From a virus, in the IMG/VR virus record IMGVR_UViG_3300006737_000020, positions 39,224-103,223 of that record: a stretch of 64,000 nucleotides of DNA; one strand, written 5' to 3'. Both the position numbers and the translations under genes were made by a program. The notes under the pieces were generated by a model. That model had not been told where the DNA came from. It ran no database searches and worked only from the letters and a program-made list of their open reading frames with translations. Position 1 is the stretch's first letter; each line of letters opens with the position of its first letter. Shown here piece after piece: positions 32,282 to 42,276 of this stretch.

Positions 32282-34159
32282 CTATCCTTCAAATAATTTG
32301 TTATATGGTGCTAAATGTGATTTTCTATAGAAACTATCCTCAGCTATATATTTTTTATACCTATCTCTAGTTAACTCTGCACCTCCAGCTCTTAATCCTC
32401 TTGTTCCGCCATTATGTTCATAAACTTCAATTGTATCATAATCATCATTGTCCCCTCTACCAAAATTGATTCTATAATCATCACCTATTATCCATTTTTC
32501 TCTACCAGGTGAAAAGAATGGTGAATCAGGAATTCCTGTTCTGAGCCTAACCTTTATCCCTTTTGGAATAAAAATAGAAGTTAAAGAATTTTCTGTCCAG
32601 TTACTTAACCTAATATGACCAGCCGCCCGTGCATAGTGACTATGGGTACTATTACCATGCCTATGCGATCTTCTAGCATTTGCATGATATTTCTTACCAA
32701 CCTCAAGTTCATAATTCCAACCAGCTCCGTCACTATGTTGAGATATTTTTACTCGTTCTGATCCGTCTAGCGTTGCTTTAGTTACCATCGAAGATGCAGG
32801 ATATCCTAAATATCTTATCTGGCTCCAATCCATTGCTGTATATGTTCTATTATGATATTCATCGTAATTATTCTCTGCTGTGTTTGCTTCAACAGATGAT
32901 GGTAATTTTTTTACTGTTGCGTAAAAAGCAAGTCCACCAGTATACTTTCTCACCTCTCCTCTACATACCATAAAGTAACCACCTTTTAGACCTCCAGTAT
33001 ATCCTCTAATAAGTTCACCTTCCCATTGTTTAGTTGTAAACTCATTTCCAGTAGGAGTATATATTTGAGAACGTTTAGCAGGCTTTTGTGTTTCTTCTGG
33101 ATGGTATTCTGTCCATCTAGATGACATGTCTGGTAAAAATGCTTTATCATAATCACTTAAATCATCATCATCAAAACCAGCTGGTCTTATAAGATCTCCT
33201 TTTTCAAATGTTACTCTACCATCTCCTAAATTAAGATCAACCTCATTAGTATTATATTGACAACCATCTTTTTCAGCTGGGCCCCATTCTACATCATCTA
33301 AATCGTTACTTACTACTAATCGCTCTATTGCTGTAGTTTCTGTTGTGATTTCAGCTTTTGGTACTATATCTATATCATCATATGTCATGTCTCGATCTTT
33401 CATGAACACTTCTAAATTTCTACCTTCTCTTGTATTTGTTAATCCTTTAACTGGTGGTGGATTGACACCTCCATCAAAATGATGTACAGGTGATCCTCCA
33501 ATTGAATTATCATCTCCTTGAGTAGAACCATTATTACATCTATATCGTACACCTTTCCAAACAATAAATATCATTCCTGCAACTCCTGTTAAGTCTCCTG
33601 CAGAATTAAATTCTGTTTTCAATTCAAATTTATCACCAAATTGTTCGGTTGCTGTTGGCGGATCTTCTACTTCTTCTTCGTCGGTTTCATTATCTCTAGA
33701 ATCAACAAAACGAGTCTCAACTTCAATTTGTGGTTCAGATGGGTTATCTAAAACATTTATTGTAACTTCTTCAGGTAAATCAGTTTGTTCAAATCCTTTA
33801 AGATAACTATTAAAAGTTGTATCTACAGCTTCCATAAATGATTCTATATCATATTTTACAGATTGTAATGGTATTTTAATTGGAAAGTTTTCATTAGGAG
33901 TAGCTTCTTTATATTCAATAACACCACGAGGAGTACGTAAAGGTCTTTGTTCTACTAATCTAATATCTTCATTATCCTTTGCAATCGTACCATCTGGTTT
34001 TATAAGGTCTCCTTGATTTTGAATAGTAGGAGTTTGGCCTATCAATCTATCTAAACCATTAACTTTTTTATTTAATCGTTTTAATATATGATCATCAGTA
34101 GCTTGCTGAACATCTACTGCAGACTTTCCTCCAACATTATGTGCTTGATAGTCTTCCAT
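32282..34159 (-). CDS. Putative structural protein; C-terminus resembles a beta/gamma-crystallin motif
   Basis: NSLTSIFIPKGIKVRL...DNDDYDTIEV; located in the baseplate operon. Confidence 0.5.
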   Translation of the reverse strand: MEDYQAHNVGGKSAVDVQQATDDHILKRLNKKVNGLDRLIGQTPTIQNQGDLIKPDGTIAKDNEDIRLVEQRPLRTPRGVIEYKEATPNENFPIKIPLQSVKYDIESFMEAVDTTFNSYLKGFEQTDLPEEVTINVLDNPSEPQIEVETRFVDSRDNETDEEEVEDPPTATEQFGDKFELKTEFNSAGDLTGVAGMIFIVWKGVRYRCNNGSTQGDDNSIGGSPVHHFDGGVNPPPVKGLTNTREGRNLEVFMKDRDMTYDDIDIVPKAEITTETTAIERLVVSNDLDDVEWGPAEKDGCQYNTNEVDLNLGDGRVTFEKGDLIRPAGFDDDDLSDYDKAFLPDMSSRWTEYHPEETQKPAKRSQIYTPTGNEFTTKQWEGELIRGYTGGLKGGYFMVCRGEVRKYTGGLAFYATVKKLPSSVEANTAENNYDEYHNRTYTAMDWSQIRYLGYPASSMVTKATLDGSERVKISQHSDGAGWNYELEVGKKYHANARRSHRHGNSTHSHYARAAGHIRLSNWTENSLTSIFIPKGIKVRLRTGIPDSPFFSPGREKWIIGDDYRINFGRGDNDDYDTIEVYEHNGGTRGLRAGGAELTRDRYKKYIAEDSFYRKSHLAPYNKLFEG

Positions 34160-34160
34160 T

Positions 34161-35297
34161 TTATCTTACCACTTTGAAATAATAACCATTATCAAAATAT
34201 TTAATTGTTCCATCTGGATATTTTGATTTGATTTTAAATTTATAATATCGTTCGGGTGCTAATGAATTCATCCAATAAGTAAAATAACTTCCGTTTGAAT
34301 CAACACTTAATTTTGTATATGTATCATCATAATCTAATATAATCTCATCTGTATTTGCATCATATACCGCATATGAACTTGTATAACTTAATCTTTGTGT
34401 TTCATTTAAGTAGAATGATGATGTTGTATATGTCTTAGTTGGATATTTTGATCTAGTTCCGACTCTAAATGTTACTCTACTTCCTTCAGGATATTTTTCT
34501 TCTATATTTTTAAAGAATGCAATTGGTCCTCCGTTATTAGTTTGATGAACTTCAGTTAAAGTAGCATCTGTCACGGTATGATCTCTCCAAACCACTTCTA
34601 ATTTTGGTGCATATATTGTATGAGTATCTTTTGCAAAATATTTTATATTAAGAGAATCACTATTACTTGATTCGGCTGAATATGATTGTTTTAATATTAA
34701 TCCATAATTTGGTATAGTTCCATCTAACCATTTATTAACAATGGTAGTAATATCCATTCTAACATCTGCAGATTCATATGCGAATGATTGAGATGCTTCA
34801 TATCCAGAACCTGTTATCCAAGTTCCTCCTCCTAATGGTTCTTGTATTCCTAATTGATGTGCACTATGAGCAGATCCTGTGTTCCATCTTGTTGCAGAAT
34901 CATAATCATCAGAATAATACCATGAAGATCCGTTACGAGTTTCAGGTATATCTGCATAATTTCCGTTTCCATTATTCCAGGATTCAGAAACTGGATATGC
35001 ATACAATGTAAAATCTATTGGCATATCAGATGCATAAATACTTTTCATGTTTAAATAAAACTTACGAAGCGTACTTCCTACAGTTCCATCAACTATAGAT
35101 TGAGATAATGCAGTAAATTCTGGTCCTGAAAAATCTAATAATATACGACTATTATATGTTCCAATTTGAAATAAGTCATCTAATCGAGAACCAGAAGTTG
35201 TTTTTATTAACTCAAGTATCTGATCAATTCCAGTATTCTTACTTGGAAATTTTTCATATAATGTTGTATCTTTATTGGCATATATTTGATATTGCAT
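34161..35297 (-). CDS. Structural protein with DNRLRE-like beta-sandwich domain
   Basis: KDTTLYE...SRILLDF...VSESW...DITTIVNKWLDGTIPNYGLILK...PKLEV. Confidence 0.6.
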   Translation of the reverse strand: MQYQIYANKDTTLYEKFPSKNTGIDQILELIKTTSGSRLDDLFQIGTYNSRILLDFSGPEFTALSQSIVDGTVGSTLRKFYLNMKSIYASDMPIDFTLYAYPVSESWNNGNGNYADIPETRNGSSWYYSDDYDSATRWNTGSAHSAHQLGIQEPLGGGTWITGSGYEASQSFAYESADVRMDITTIVNKWLDGTIPNYGLILKQSYSAESSNSDSLNIKYFAKDTHTIYAPKLEVVWRDHTVTDATLTEVHQTNNGGPIAFFKNIEEKYPEGSRVTFRVGTRSKYPTKTYTTSSFYLNETQRLSYTSSYAVYDANTDEIILDYDDTYTKLSVDSNGSYFTYWMNSLAPERYYKFKIKSKYPDGTIKYFDNGYYFKVVR

Positions 35298-35309
35298 ATT
35301 CTATTTCCC

Positions 35310-37190
35310 TTATATTCCTACAATTCTACCTTTGATATCTGAATTAGGATATCTAATTTCAAATATACATGGATCTAATGATGGATAAATTATATTATTT
35401 AATGTTGCAGCTTTGATATCATATACATTTCCTGAATATCCTGAGTTTAAATCATATAGATTTTTTATCGTTACATCTGCAACCGTTTGTACTCCTTCGA
35501 CATTATCTAACTTTGTATAAACATCGGAAATTACAATAGGTGCATTAATCTGCATATTATCTACATGTAATAATTCTTTAAGTTTATTTACACATCTTAA
35601 TACTACTTCAGAACCATTAAAGGTTGGTTTTGGTATTACTTCAAAATCAATACCTAAATTAACAATAAAACAATTCTTAATATTAATTGCATCCGTCATT
35701 AATCTAAACTGTGATATATATGTTTTAAGATTTTGTTTAATAGCAGGATTCAGAGCTACCAATTGTTTGGTAGAATTATATCCCATTGCATATATGTTCA
35801 TTGCTAATGGATTAGGTATTTTAGCTTCAGGATCTGTTGAATCTACTTGTTCATCTTGAATAATATATGCTTTAGCTACATGTCCAAATTTTGGTGGCAT
35901 GGTATAACATCTTAAGATATAATCTTCTTTTGTTACTGCTCTATTTTGTGCTGCAAATACACTTAATGCTTTTTGTCTTGTAGTTTCTACTGACTCTGCA
36001 GAAGCTCCTCCTCTAGAAGGTAATGGATTATTTACTGCTACCGATCCTTTTGCTTGATTTAATATTGATGTATCTAAATTTTGGATTGAATTTGCATAAG
36101 ATGCAAATGAAACTTCTTGTATTGAATTAGCCGGTACATTATCTGAAAGTCCTTTACCTCTTGAGTAACGAACTGTTAAGGTAGTTTGTGAAGGTGCTTG
36201 TCCATATGTACTTGAATATAAAAAGTTTGCAGGATCAATTGATACATCAACTTCTCTATTTAATCCTTTTATTCCTAATCCAACATTTTCTGGATTTGGT
36301 ATTAAATCTCTATCATGTTCTTCAGATATACCTGCACCAAATTGAATTTCTAATTGTTTATCTGCTCTAAATCTTGTTACAAATCTTTTAGCTGTTCGTC
36401 TTAATTTTAAGATATATGGTACACTACTATTATAAGAACTTAGTTCTGGATCTATCATTGGTGTATTTCTAATACCTTCTTGAATTGTATCCTGAGCTAA
36501 ATACGGAACCTCATACCACTTATTACCTTGTTCATCAATAATATCAACTACATCAATTATATCTGTATCTTTCAATACTATCTTATCATATATTTTAGGT
36601 TCTTGAAATCTGAAATCTTCTTGTGTTATTCCTCCTGATACAGCTGCAACTTTTTTCTTGATTAAGAAATATGTTGGTGTTCCAGTTGCTTCATCAATTT
36701 GATATACAGTTACTGTTCTAGGATTAGTTGCTGAACCTGTTGCGCCAAAATCTACTGGATCAACTGATCTAAATTCAACACCTGTATTTGATTTTGCAAT
36801 CATTCCTGCTTCAATATTTAATGCATATCTCCAATCTGGTTTTGCATTAACACCTGTACCAGTTGCTGGCACTGTTTGATATACATCCAATTCTACTAAT
36901 GATGATATCATATTTTTTGTTTTATATCCTAATGCCGCTGCAATAGAATTAATATTTGCTCTTTCTTCTGCATATCCCAGTAATGATTCTTTAAGATTAC
37001 TATCTGAATAATATGATAATACATCGCCTATATAAGCCGACATTTCCATGAACATCATTCCTGGTGATGATTCATTAAAATCATTATAAGTATTTGGAAA
37101 ATAATTTTTTGCGAAGTTAACTAAATTTTGTCTAAATTCACCAAAATCCCTACTTAAATATTTTATATCTTTTTTAACTAATTCTGCCAT
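35310..37190 (-). CDS. Baseplate wedge subunit (T4 gp6 / BaseplateJ-like)
   Basis: RDF...YNDFNESSPGMMFMEM, IQFGAG, QNRAVTKEDY motifs; directly downstream of the gp25-like gene. Confidence 0.88.
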   Translation of the reverse strand: MAELVKKDIKYLSRDFGEFRQNLVNFAKNYFPNTYNDFNESSPGMMFMEMSAYIGDVLSYYSDSNLKESLLGYAEERANINSIAAALGYKTKNMISSLVELDVYQTVPATGTGVNAKPDWRYALNIEAGMIAKSNTGVEFRSVDPVDFGATGSATNPRTVTVYQIDEATGTPTYFLIKKKVAAVSGGITQEDFRFQEPKIYDKIVLKDTDIIDVVDIIDEQGNKWYEVPYLAQDTIQEGIRNTPMIDPELSSYNSSVPYILKLRRTAKRFVTRFRADKQLEIQFGAGISEEHDRDLIPNPENVGLGIKGLNREVDVSIDPANFLYSSTYGQAPSQTTLTVRYSRGKGLSDNVPANSIQEVSFASYANSIQNLDTSILNQAKGSVAVNNPLPSRGGASAESVETTRQKALSVFAAQNRAVTKEDYILRCYTMPPKFGHVAKAYIIQDEQVDSTDPEAKIPNPLAMNIYAMGYNSTKQLVALNPAIKQNLKTYISQFRLMTDAINIKNCFIVNLGIDFEVIPKPTFNGSEVVLRCVNKLKELLHVDNMQINAPIVISDVYTKLDNVEGVQTVADVTIKNLYDLNSGYSGNVYDIKAATLNNIIYPSLDPCIFEIRYPNSDIKGRIVGI

Positions 37191-37201
37191 TGGTTATTCC
37201 C

Positions 37202-37804
37202 TTAATATGATGCCATTGATCCTGCGTCAACTGTTGTAGTACTTTCACCGTTACTCACTAATGTTATCTCTTGGTTTGCTCCTTGTTCGGTCACTCTAAA
37301 TGTAAGTTTAATAAATAAATAATTTGTAAGATGGTTTTTATCATCTCGGTTATCTATATTAATATTTTTGATAATAATATAAGGTAACCAAAATTTTATA
37401 GCATCTTGTATTTCTTTATTTAAACTAATTATTAGTTCTGGTGTATTTGGTTCAAATACTCTATCTTTAATTCTTACTCCAAACTTTGGTTGCATATATC
37501 TCTCACCTGGATATGTTAATAACAGGTTTTTAAGATTTGTTAATGCTTGCTGTTCTGTTGTATATGATAACGGAAATTTACCAGCTAATTTTTCTGCTAA
37601 TTCATTTGCACCAGTTGAACCAGATACTTCTCCATATGCTAAATTTGGTTTTGATGTTACGCCAGCAGCTGCTCCATTAAACGGAAGCATTACTCCAATA
37701 GCCTTGTCAGCTTCCATATCATTAACATTGTAACGATATATCGGTCGACCACCACCTTTTAAGTAAGCTGATTCTTTTTTGCTTTTGAAGTATTTATCTG
37801 CCAC
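37202..37804 (-). CDS. Baseplate wedge subunit, T4 gp25-like
   Basis: NLKNLLLTYPGERYMQPKFG...FEP...AIKFWLPYI. Confidence 0.88.
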   Translation of the reverse strand: MADKYFKSKKESAYLKGGGRPIYRYNVNDMEADKAIGVMLPFNGAAAGVTSKPNLAYGEVSGSTGANELAEKLAGKFPLSYTTEQQALTNLKNLLLTYPGERYMQPKFGVRIKDRVFEPNTPELIISLNKEIQDAIKFWLPYIIIKNINIDNRDDKNHLTNYLFIKLTFRVTEQGANQEITLVSNGESTTTVDAGSMASY

Positions 37805-38277
37805 TATCTAGTTCCCATTTTACCATTTTTCTTATCTATTGCTTTAATGATTCCACTATAATCTTTCATTAACGCATCTTGCACAGCTTGTAATTCTGGG
37901 GTCTTTGGTTTTACAGATTCTCCATCTATACCTGTCATTACTTGATTTGGTCTTGCCATAGTAGATGTTCTTGTTGGACCCATTTGTGGATAATCTTCCA
38001 TCATACTAACTGGTGGTCCATCTACCATTGATGCAAAATCACCTGTTTGTGCTGTCTCATTTAATAAATCATTTAACATTGAATTTTTTGTAAATTTCTT
38101 TTTTCTTGCAATAGGCCTCCTTGGCATAGGATTTTCTGCAATTTCTGATAAATTCATACCATGTTCAATAACTTGATTAGTGTTAACCTGTTGTTCATTG
38201 ATAGCCTGTTTAACAGCTTTACCAACTTCTTCTCTTATAACTTTTCTTAAAATTTTAACGAAACTCTTCGTATCCAT
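37804..38277 (-). CDS. Hypothetical protein with VIREEV...INE leader
   Basis: Start moved to ATG 38277 (GGAG and late motif upstream); ILRKVIREEVGKAVKQAINE. Confidence 0.6.
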   Translation of the reverse strand: MDTKSFVKILRKVIREEVGKAVKQAINEQQVNTNQVIEHGMNLSEIAENPMPRRPIARKKKFTKNSMLNDLLNETAQTGDFASMVDGPPVSMMEDYPQMGPTRTSTMARPNQVMTGIDGESVKPKTPELQAVQDALMKDYSGIIKAIDKKNGKMGTR

Positions 38278-38333
38278 AGTCTTCTCCAATTTATTTTAAT
38301 ATAAATATGAAGATACTAGAATTATGGTGGTTG

Positions 38334-39614
38334 TTATAAAGTATAATTCTGATCGCTTTTTATATAGTTCCAAACAAAATCTGTCTTTAATGTATCTAAA
38401 ATTGCAGCGTTAATTGCTGGACCTGTTGGACCTCCAGAATTTGTATATGTTAACATTTGAATCTTATCTATTAATTCAACACACCAATCATGCATTTGTT
38501 GGCCAAGTATTAATGGTTCGACTGAATCTAATCCTAAATGAATTTCTGGTGCATTTACTGTGAAATGGCCTGCCCCTCCTACATCTATTCCTACCGCTTC
38601 AGTTGCTGATAATCCTATTTTTGTTCCTGCAGATAATAAAATTACATCTTGTCGTGCATTAAATACTAATCTATCTGATGTAATAATAACTTGAGGGCTT
38701 TCATAATCTGCACAGCCTGCAACTGGAGATGGTGTTGGTGTACCTTGATCTTTTTGTTTTGATTCTGGTGTACCAGCTGGATCATCCATTACTCCTATTT
38801 CTTCTAAATCTTCGTCTAGGTCTCCAGGTGCATCTCCTAAATCTCCTCCTTGAGGTCCAAACATGTCTATTAAATCAGCACCAAAATTTATTAAAGCTAA
38901 TATACCTGCCGCAATTGCTGCTGTATTAAATGCATCTTGGTTGGATTCTACTACATTATCAGCAGGTATAATTTCTTTTAGTTCTTCAAATGCATTTAAA
39001 GAAGCTTCTCCTGATGGTGTTGTTGGATCATAGTTATTTGGGTTCATTGCCAACGTAATATTTGATGCTATATCTTCTGGAATCTTTAATGGAGGATATA
39101 ATATTGGATCTGACATTATTACATTTGTAAGTTCTGTATCAGTAAAGTCTATTGCATTTGCTCCTTCACCAATTGCATATATGGCATTTAAATATTGTTT
39201 TCCATCTGGGGTTGTACAACATCCACATAAATCAATATGTTTTGCGTAACTTAGTCCTTGCTCTCTAAATACATCTTTTGCATTAGATGAACATTGTTCT
39301 AAACTCCATCTATGGTTTGCTGCTACAACAATAACCCAGTCATCTTGTGGTATATGGCCTTCTTGGATAGATTGCTTAATCAAGTCATATGCATAATGTT
39401 GTCCTACAAATCCAGGATCATCTGAATATTCTATTGCTGCAGTTGATGTAGGTGGTATTACCCATAATATTCCACGCACATCTCGTTTCATATCTCCTGG
39501 AAAAATGTATACATTTTCCATTCCCCATATTTCACCTTCGTATATAGTTTCGGTTCTATCTACTACATGTCCTTTTGGTACTTTTAAATTTTCGTAAGAT
39601 TCTCTTTTTGCCAT
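38334..39614 (-). CDS. Putative baseplate spike C-terminal part (gp5-like beta region) with an unknown N-terminal domain
   Basis: QVIITSDRLVFNAR...IHLG...EPLILG...GGPTGPAIN; position upstream of gp25 and gp6. Confidence 0.55.
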   Translation of the reverse strand: MAKRESYENLKVPKGHVVDRTETIYEGEIWGMENVYIFPGDMKRDVRGILWVIPPTSTAAIEYSDDPGFVGQHYAYDLIKQSIQEGHIPQDDWVIVVAANHRWSLEQCSSNAKDVFREQGLSYAKHIDLCGCCTTPDGKQYLNAIYAIGEGANAIDFTDTELTNVIMSDPILYPPLKIPEDIASNITLAMNPNNYDPTTPSGEASLNAFEELKEIIPADNVVESNQDAFNTAAIAAGILALINFGADLIDMFGPQGGDLGDAPGDLDEDLEEIGVMDDPAGTPESKQKDQGTPTPSPVAGCADYESPQVIITSDRLVFNARQDVILLSAGTKIGLSATEAVGIDVGGAGHFTVNAPEIHLGLDSVEPLILGQQMHDWCVELIDKIQMLTYTNSGGPTGPAINAAILDTLKTDFVWNYIKSDQNYTL

Positions 39615-39627
39615 AATTTTTTTCCGT

Positions 39628-41871
39628 TTAACTTTGTCCTGGCCAAGGTCCTAACTTTCCTTGTTCAAATGCTGCATCTAATCCATGCCATGAATTACTT
39701 GATTTACCTGCTCTTAATTTTGAAAACGGTCCTTTGCTTGCAAGTGCAGTGTTATATTCAAAATGCCATTCTTCTGTTGTCACAGTTCTTACAAATCCAT
39801 ATTTATATGAATTAGCTACCAACCATGCATAAACTCCTTTTGTATTAGTAGTACTAGTTTTTGATCGACTACCATCTTTATTTACTAGATATCGTTTATA
39901 ATCTAAATCAATTGCAGTACCACTTTGGTGTCTACTATAACCTGGTATTGCTACGTAACATGAAAATTTAGTTGAACTTGCTGTCCATAACGGACTTGAT
40001 CTATCTTTTTTATTGGCTTCTGTTTTCCAACCTTTATTAATTGCATTTGCATATCTACAATTTACTTGTCCTGATGCTAATTTCTTTCCTGTTCTTGGAT
40101 GATTGATTTGCCAAAGACCTCTGAAGCTACTATTTAATTTTATTTCTACTCCATCAGCTTTTGCTGCCTTAAATAATGTAAGCACTTTGCCACACATTTT
40201 TTCTAATACAGGTTGTCCTTGTATTAATCGTATTCTATCTGTACCAACAACTCGCCCTCTAGTTGGTGATCCTCTTTCAGTATCAAAATATTCATATTCA
40301 CCATCTAATAATTCTAAATCTTCTACATCATCTGGAATTGGTTCTAATGGTTCTGCAGGAAATATTGGTGCACTAATACCATTACAATCTTTAGATGGAA
40401 TAGCATATCCATTAGAACTATAATGGGCTTCATCTGATGAATTACTAAATGGCTGTTCAATTGCATCATATTGGTTGTGTGCTAATGAAACTGCAATTTT
40501 TTGTCCTGAACACATATAGATTGAAGCTTTGTCTCCATTAATATCTTCGATGATATATTCATTTCTAGAATTTTTCTGAGAAGGTGCTTGCCCTGCTCTT
40601 AATATATTAATTGGAGCTCCTGGACCTGCTTGCCCCTCGCCCCATGATGGCATTTTTATATATCGTTCTGGTTCTTTTGGATTAACTGTTGATCCAAATC
40701 GTATAGAATTTCCAAAACGACCTTGTATTAAAATATCACCTTCATATGGCTGTAAATTATTTAGTTCTGTTTGTTCTACAAAATCATTACCTGGAGCTGG
40801 ATTAGTTTTATTATCTGATGTATTAGGGTTTGGTCCTGCGGTAGGATTAGAATCTTTAGGATTAGGAGAATAGTTTTGATCAACTTCAGGTTTACGTTCT
40901 GTTGGTTCTTTAAATTGTTCTACAAATTTAGATGATTCTTCTTTTGTATAAAAACTATTATTTTCATATCCTCTATCTAATTCATGTAATTCTGCAATTG
41001 ATTTATATGTTCCACCTTTACCAACTGGCATATTATTAAATTCGTAATTATCAGCTGTTAATGTTGATAATTCTAAATATCCTGTTACAGTGTTATATCC
41101 AAATTTTTCTTCAGATTCTTTGAATTCTCCGGTATACCCTTCTCGTACCAATCTCTCTTTATACTCTTCAATTTTATTTTCTCTATCCTTTAAACCTTCT
41201 GGAGTTTTTCGAGTATCACCAGATTCCATTGCTTGTTGATATTGAAGAACTGCTTCTTCTAATTTTTGGAATTTTGAAATCATCTTACTAGATAATTGAT
41301 CGGTAGTTGGTGGCTCTTCTGCTGGAACACCTTCTTTTGCATCTTGCTTTTTATTTGATGTAGTAGGATTACCAGCTTCTGCATTTGCATATGCATCTAC
41401 TTTATTAGTCTTATTACCATCTTGTAATACTCTAGTTGGACTTTTTACTCCTTTTGCATTTGAAGCAGGATTCAAATTTGTATGAATACTTCCTCCTAAT
41501 GATACTGGAGCAAGATAATACCAATCTAAATCATACTGCATTCCTGCAGCTTTTTTACCTGTTGCGCCATCTGGAGAGGCTGCTCCCATTTCAGGTCCAG
41601 GTCCTTGGAAGCATACAACATGTTCTCCTACTAGAGGTATACGAGTTGTATTAATATCAGCTGGATATGCTGTAACTTGTTTACCTGGTCCAGAACCAGC
41701 TCCTGCTTGGTTTCCTTGTAATTGAATTGTTACTTCACCACGAACATTATCCATAGCTTCATCACCAGAACCACCTTGCTTCTTTTTTGATTCCGATGCT
41801 GTTGTATTTTTAAATGCATGAGTTATGTCAACTACTTCTCCATATGCCCATGTTAATCCTGCTTGACTCAT
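39628..41871 (-). CDS. Baseplate hub/spike N-terminal part fused to an M15B (VanY-like) peptidoglycan peptidase
   Basis: PLVGEHV OB-fold-like motif; LQPYEGDILIQGRFGNSIRFGST; SSFR...SRHQSGTAID...YGF...EEWHFEY Zn-peptidase motifs. Confidence 0.75.
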   Translation of the reverse strand: MSQAGLTWAYGEVVDITHAFKNTTASESKKKQGGSGDEAMDNVRGEVTIQLQGNQAGAGSGPGKQVTAYPADINTTRIPLVGEHVVCFQGPGPEMGAASPDGATGKKAAGMQYDLDWYYLAPVSLGGSIHTNLNPASNAKGVKSPTRVLQDGNKTNKVDAYANAEAGNPTTSNKKQDAKEGVPAEEPPTTDQLSSKMISKFQKLEEAVLQYQQAMESGDTRKTPEGLKDRENKIEEYKERLVREGYTGEFKESEEKFGYNTVTGYLELSTLTADNYEFNNMPVGKGGTYKSIAELHELDRGYENNSFYTKEESSKFVEQFKEPTERKPEVDQNYSPNPKDSNPTAGPNPNTSDNKTNPAPGNDFVEQTELNNLQPYEGDILIQGRFGNSIRFGSTVNPKEPERYIKMPSWGEGQAGPGAPINILRAGQAPSQKNSRNEYIIEDINGDKASIYMCSGQKIAVSLAHNQYDAIEQPFSNSSDEAHYSSNGYAIPSKDCNGISAPIFPAEPLEPIPDDVEDLELLDGEYEYFDTERGSPTRGRVVGTDRIRLIQGQPVLEKMCGKVLTLFKAAKADGVEIKLNSSFRGLWQINHPRTGKKLASGQVNCRYANAINKGWKTEANKKDRSSPLWTASSTKFSCYVAIPGYSRHQSGTAIDLDYKRYLVNKDGSRSKTSTTNTKGVYAWLVANSYKYGFVRTVTTEEWHFEYNTALASKGPFSKLRAGKSSNSWHGLDAAFEQGKLGPWPGQS

Positions 41872-42245
41872 TTAGAATCTCCTAAATCAATTTCATCTTG
41901 TTGTTGTTGGATTGCATCTAATTCTTCCTGAGCTGTTTGTAATAATCTTTGTTTTTCTTCTTCAGACATTCCAAATTCATCTCCACCTTCCTTATTTCCA
42001 CTTCCAACTAATCGTTGAACAACTGCAGCTAATTTAACTAGATGTTCATCATTCTTAACGGATACATCTAGGTATTCTTTTATTAATGGAACTATCACAG
42101 TTGCATCACCTATATTTTTAATTAAAGGTTGTAGCTCTTGAATCAATGTATTAATTTGTCTATCTTTCTTTTTAGAATTATGATAGATATCTTTCATTAA
42201 ATCAGAAAATGTAGTTCCTTTGAATAATTCAAATTCATCATGCAT
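41868..42245 (-). CDS. Hypothetical helical protein
   Basis: Clean ORF with late motif and AGGGA upstream; overlaps the next start (ATGA). Confidence 0.6.
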   Translation of the reverse strand: MHDEFELFKGTTFSDLMKDIYHNSKKKDRQINTLIQELQPLIKNIGDATVIVPLIKEYLDVSVKNDEHLVKLAAVVQRLVGSGNKEGGDEFGMSEEEKQRLLQTAQEELDAIQQQQDEIDLGDSK

Positions 42246-42276
42246 AGTTTATTCCCTTTAAAATAAATATGTACAA

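Noticed and set aside
38900-39614. Degenerate alpha/beta-hydrolase in the N-terminal domain of 38334-39614 (YAIGEGA...IMSDP)
   Set aside because: No G-x-S-x-G nucleophile; the resemblance is too weak to call without a profile search.
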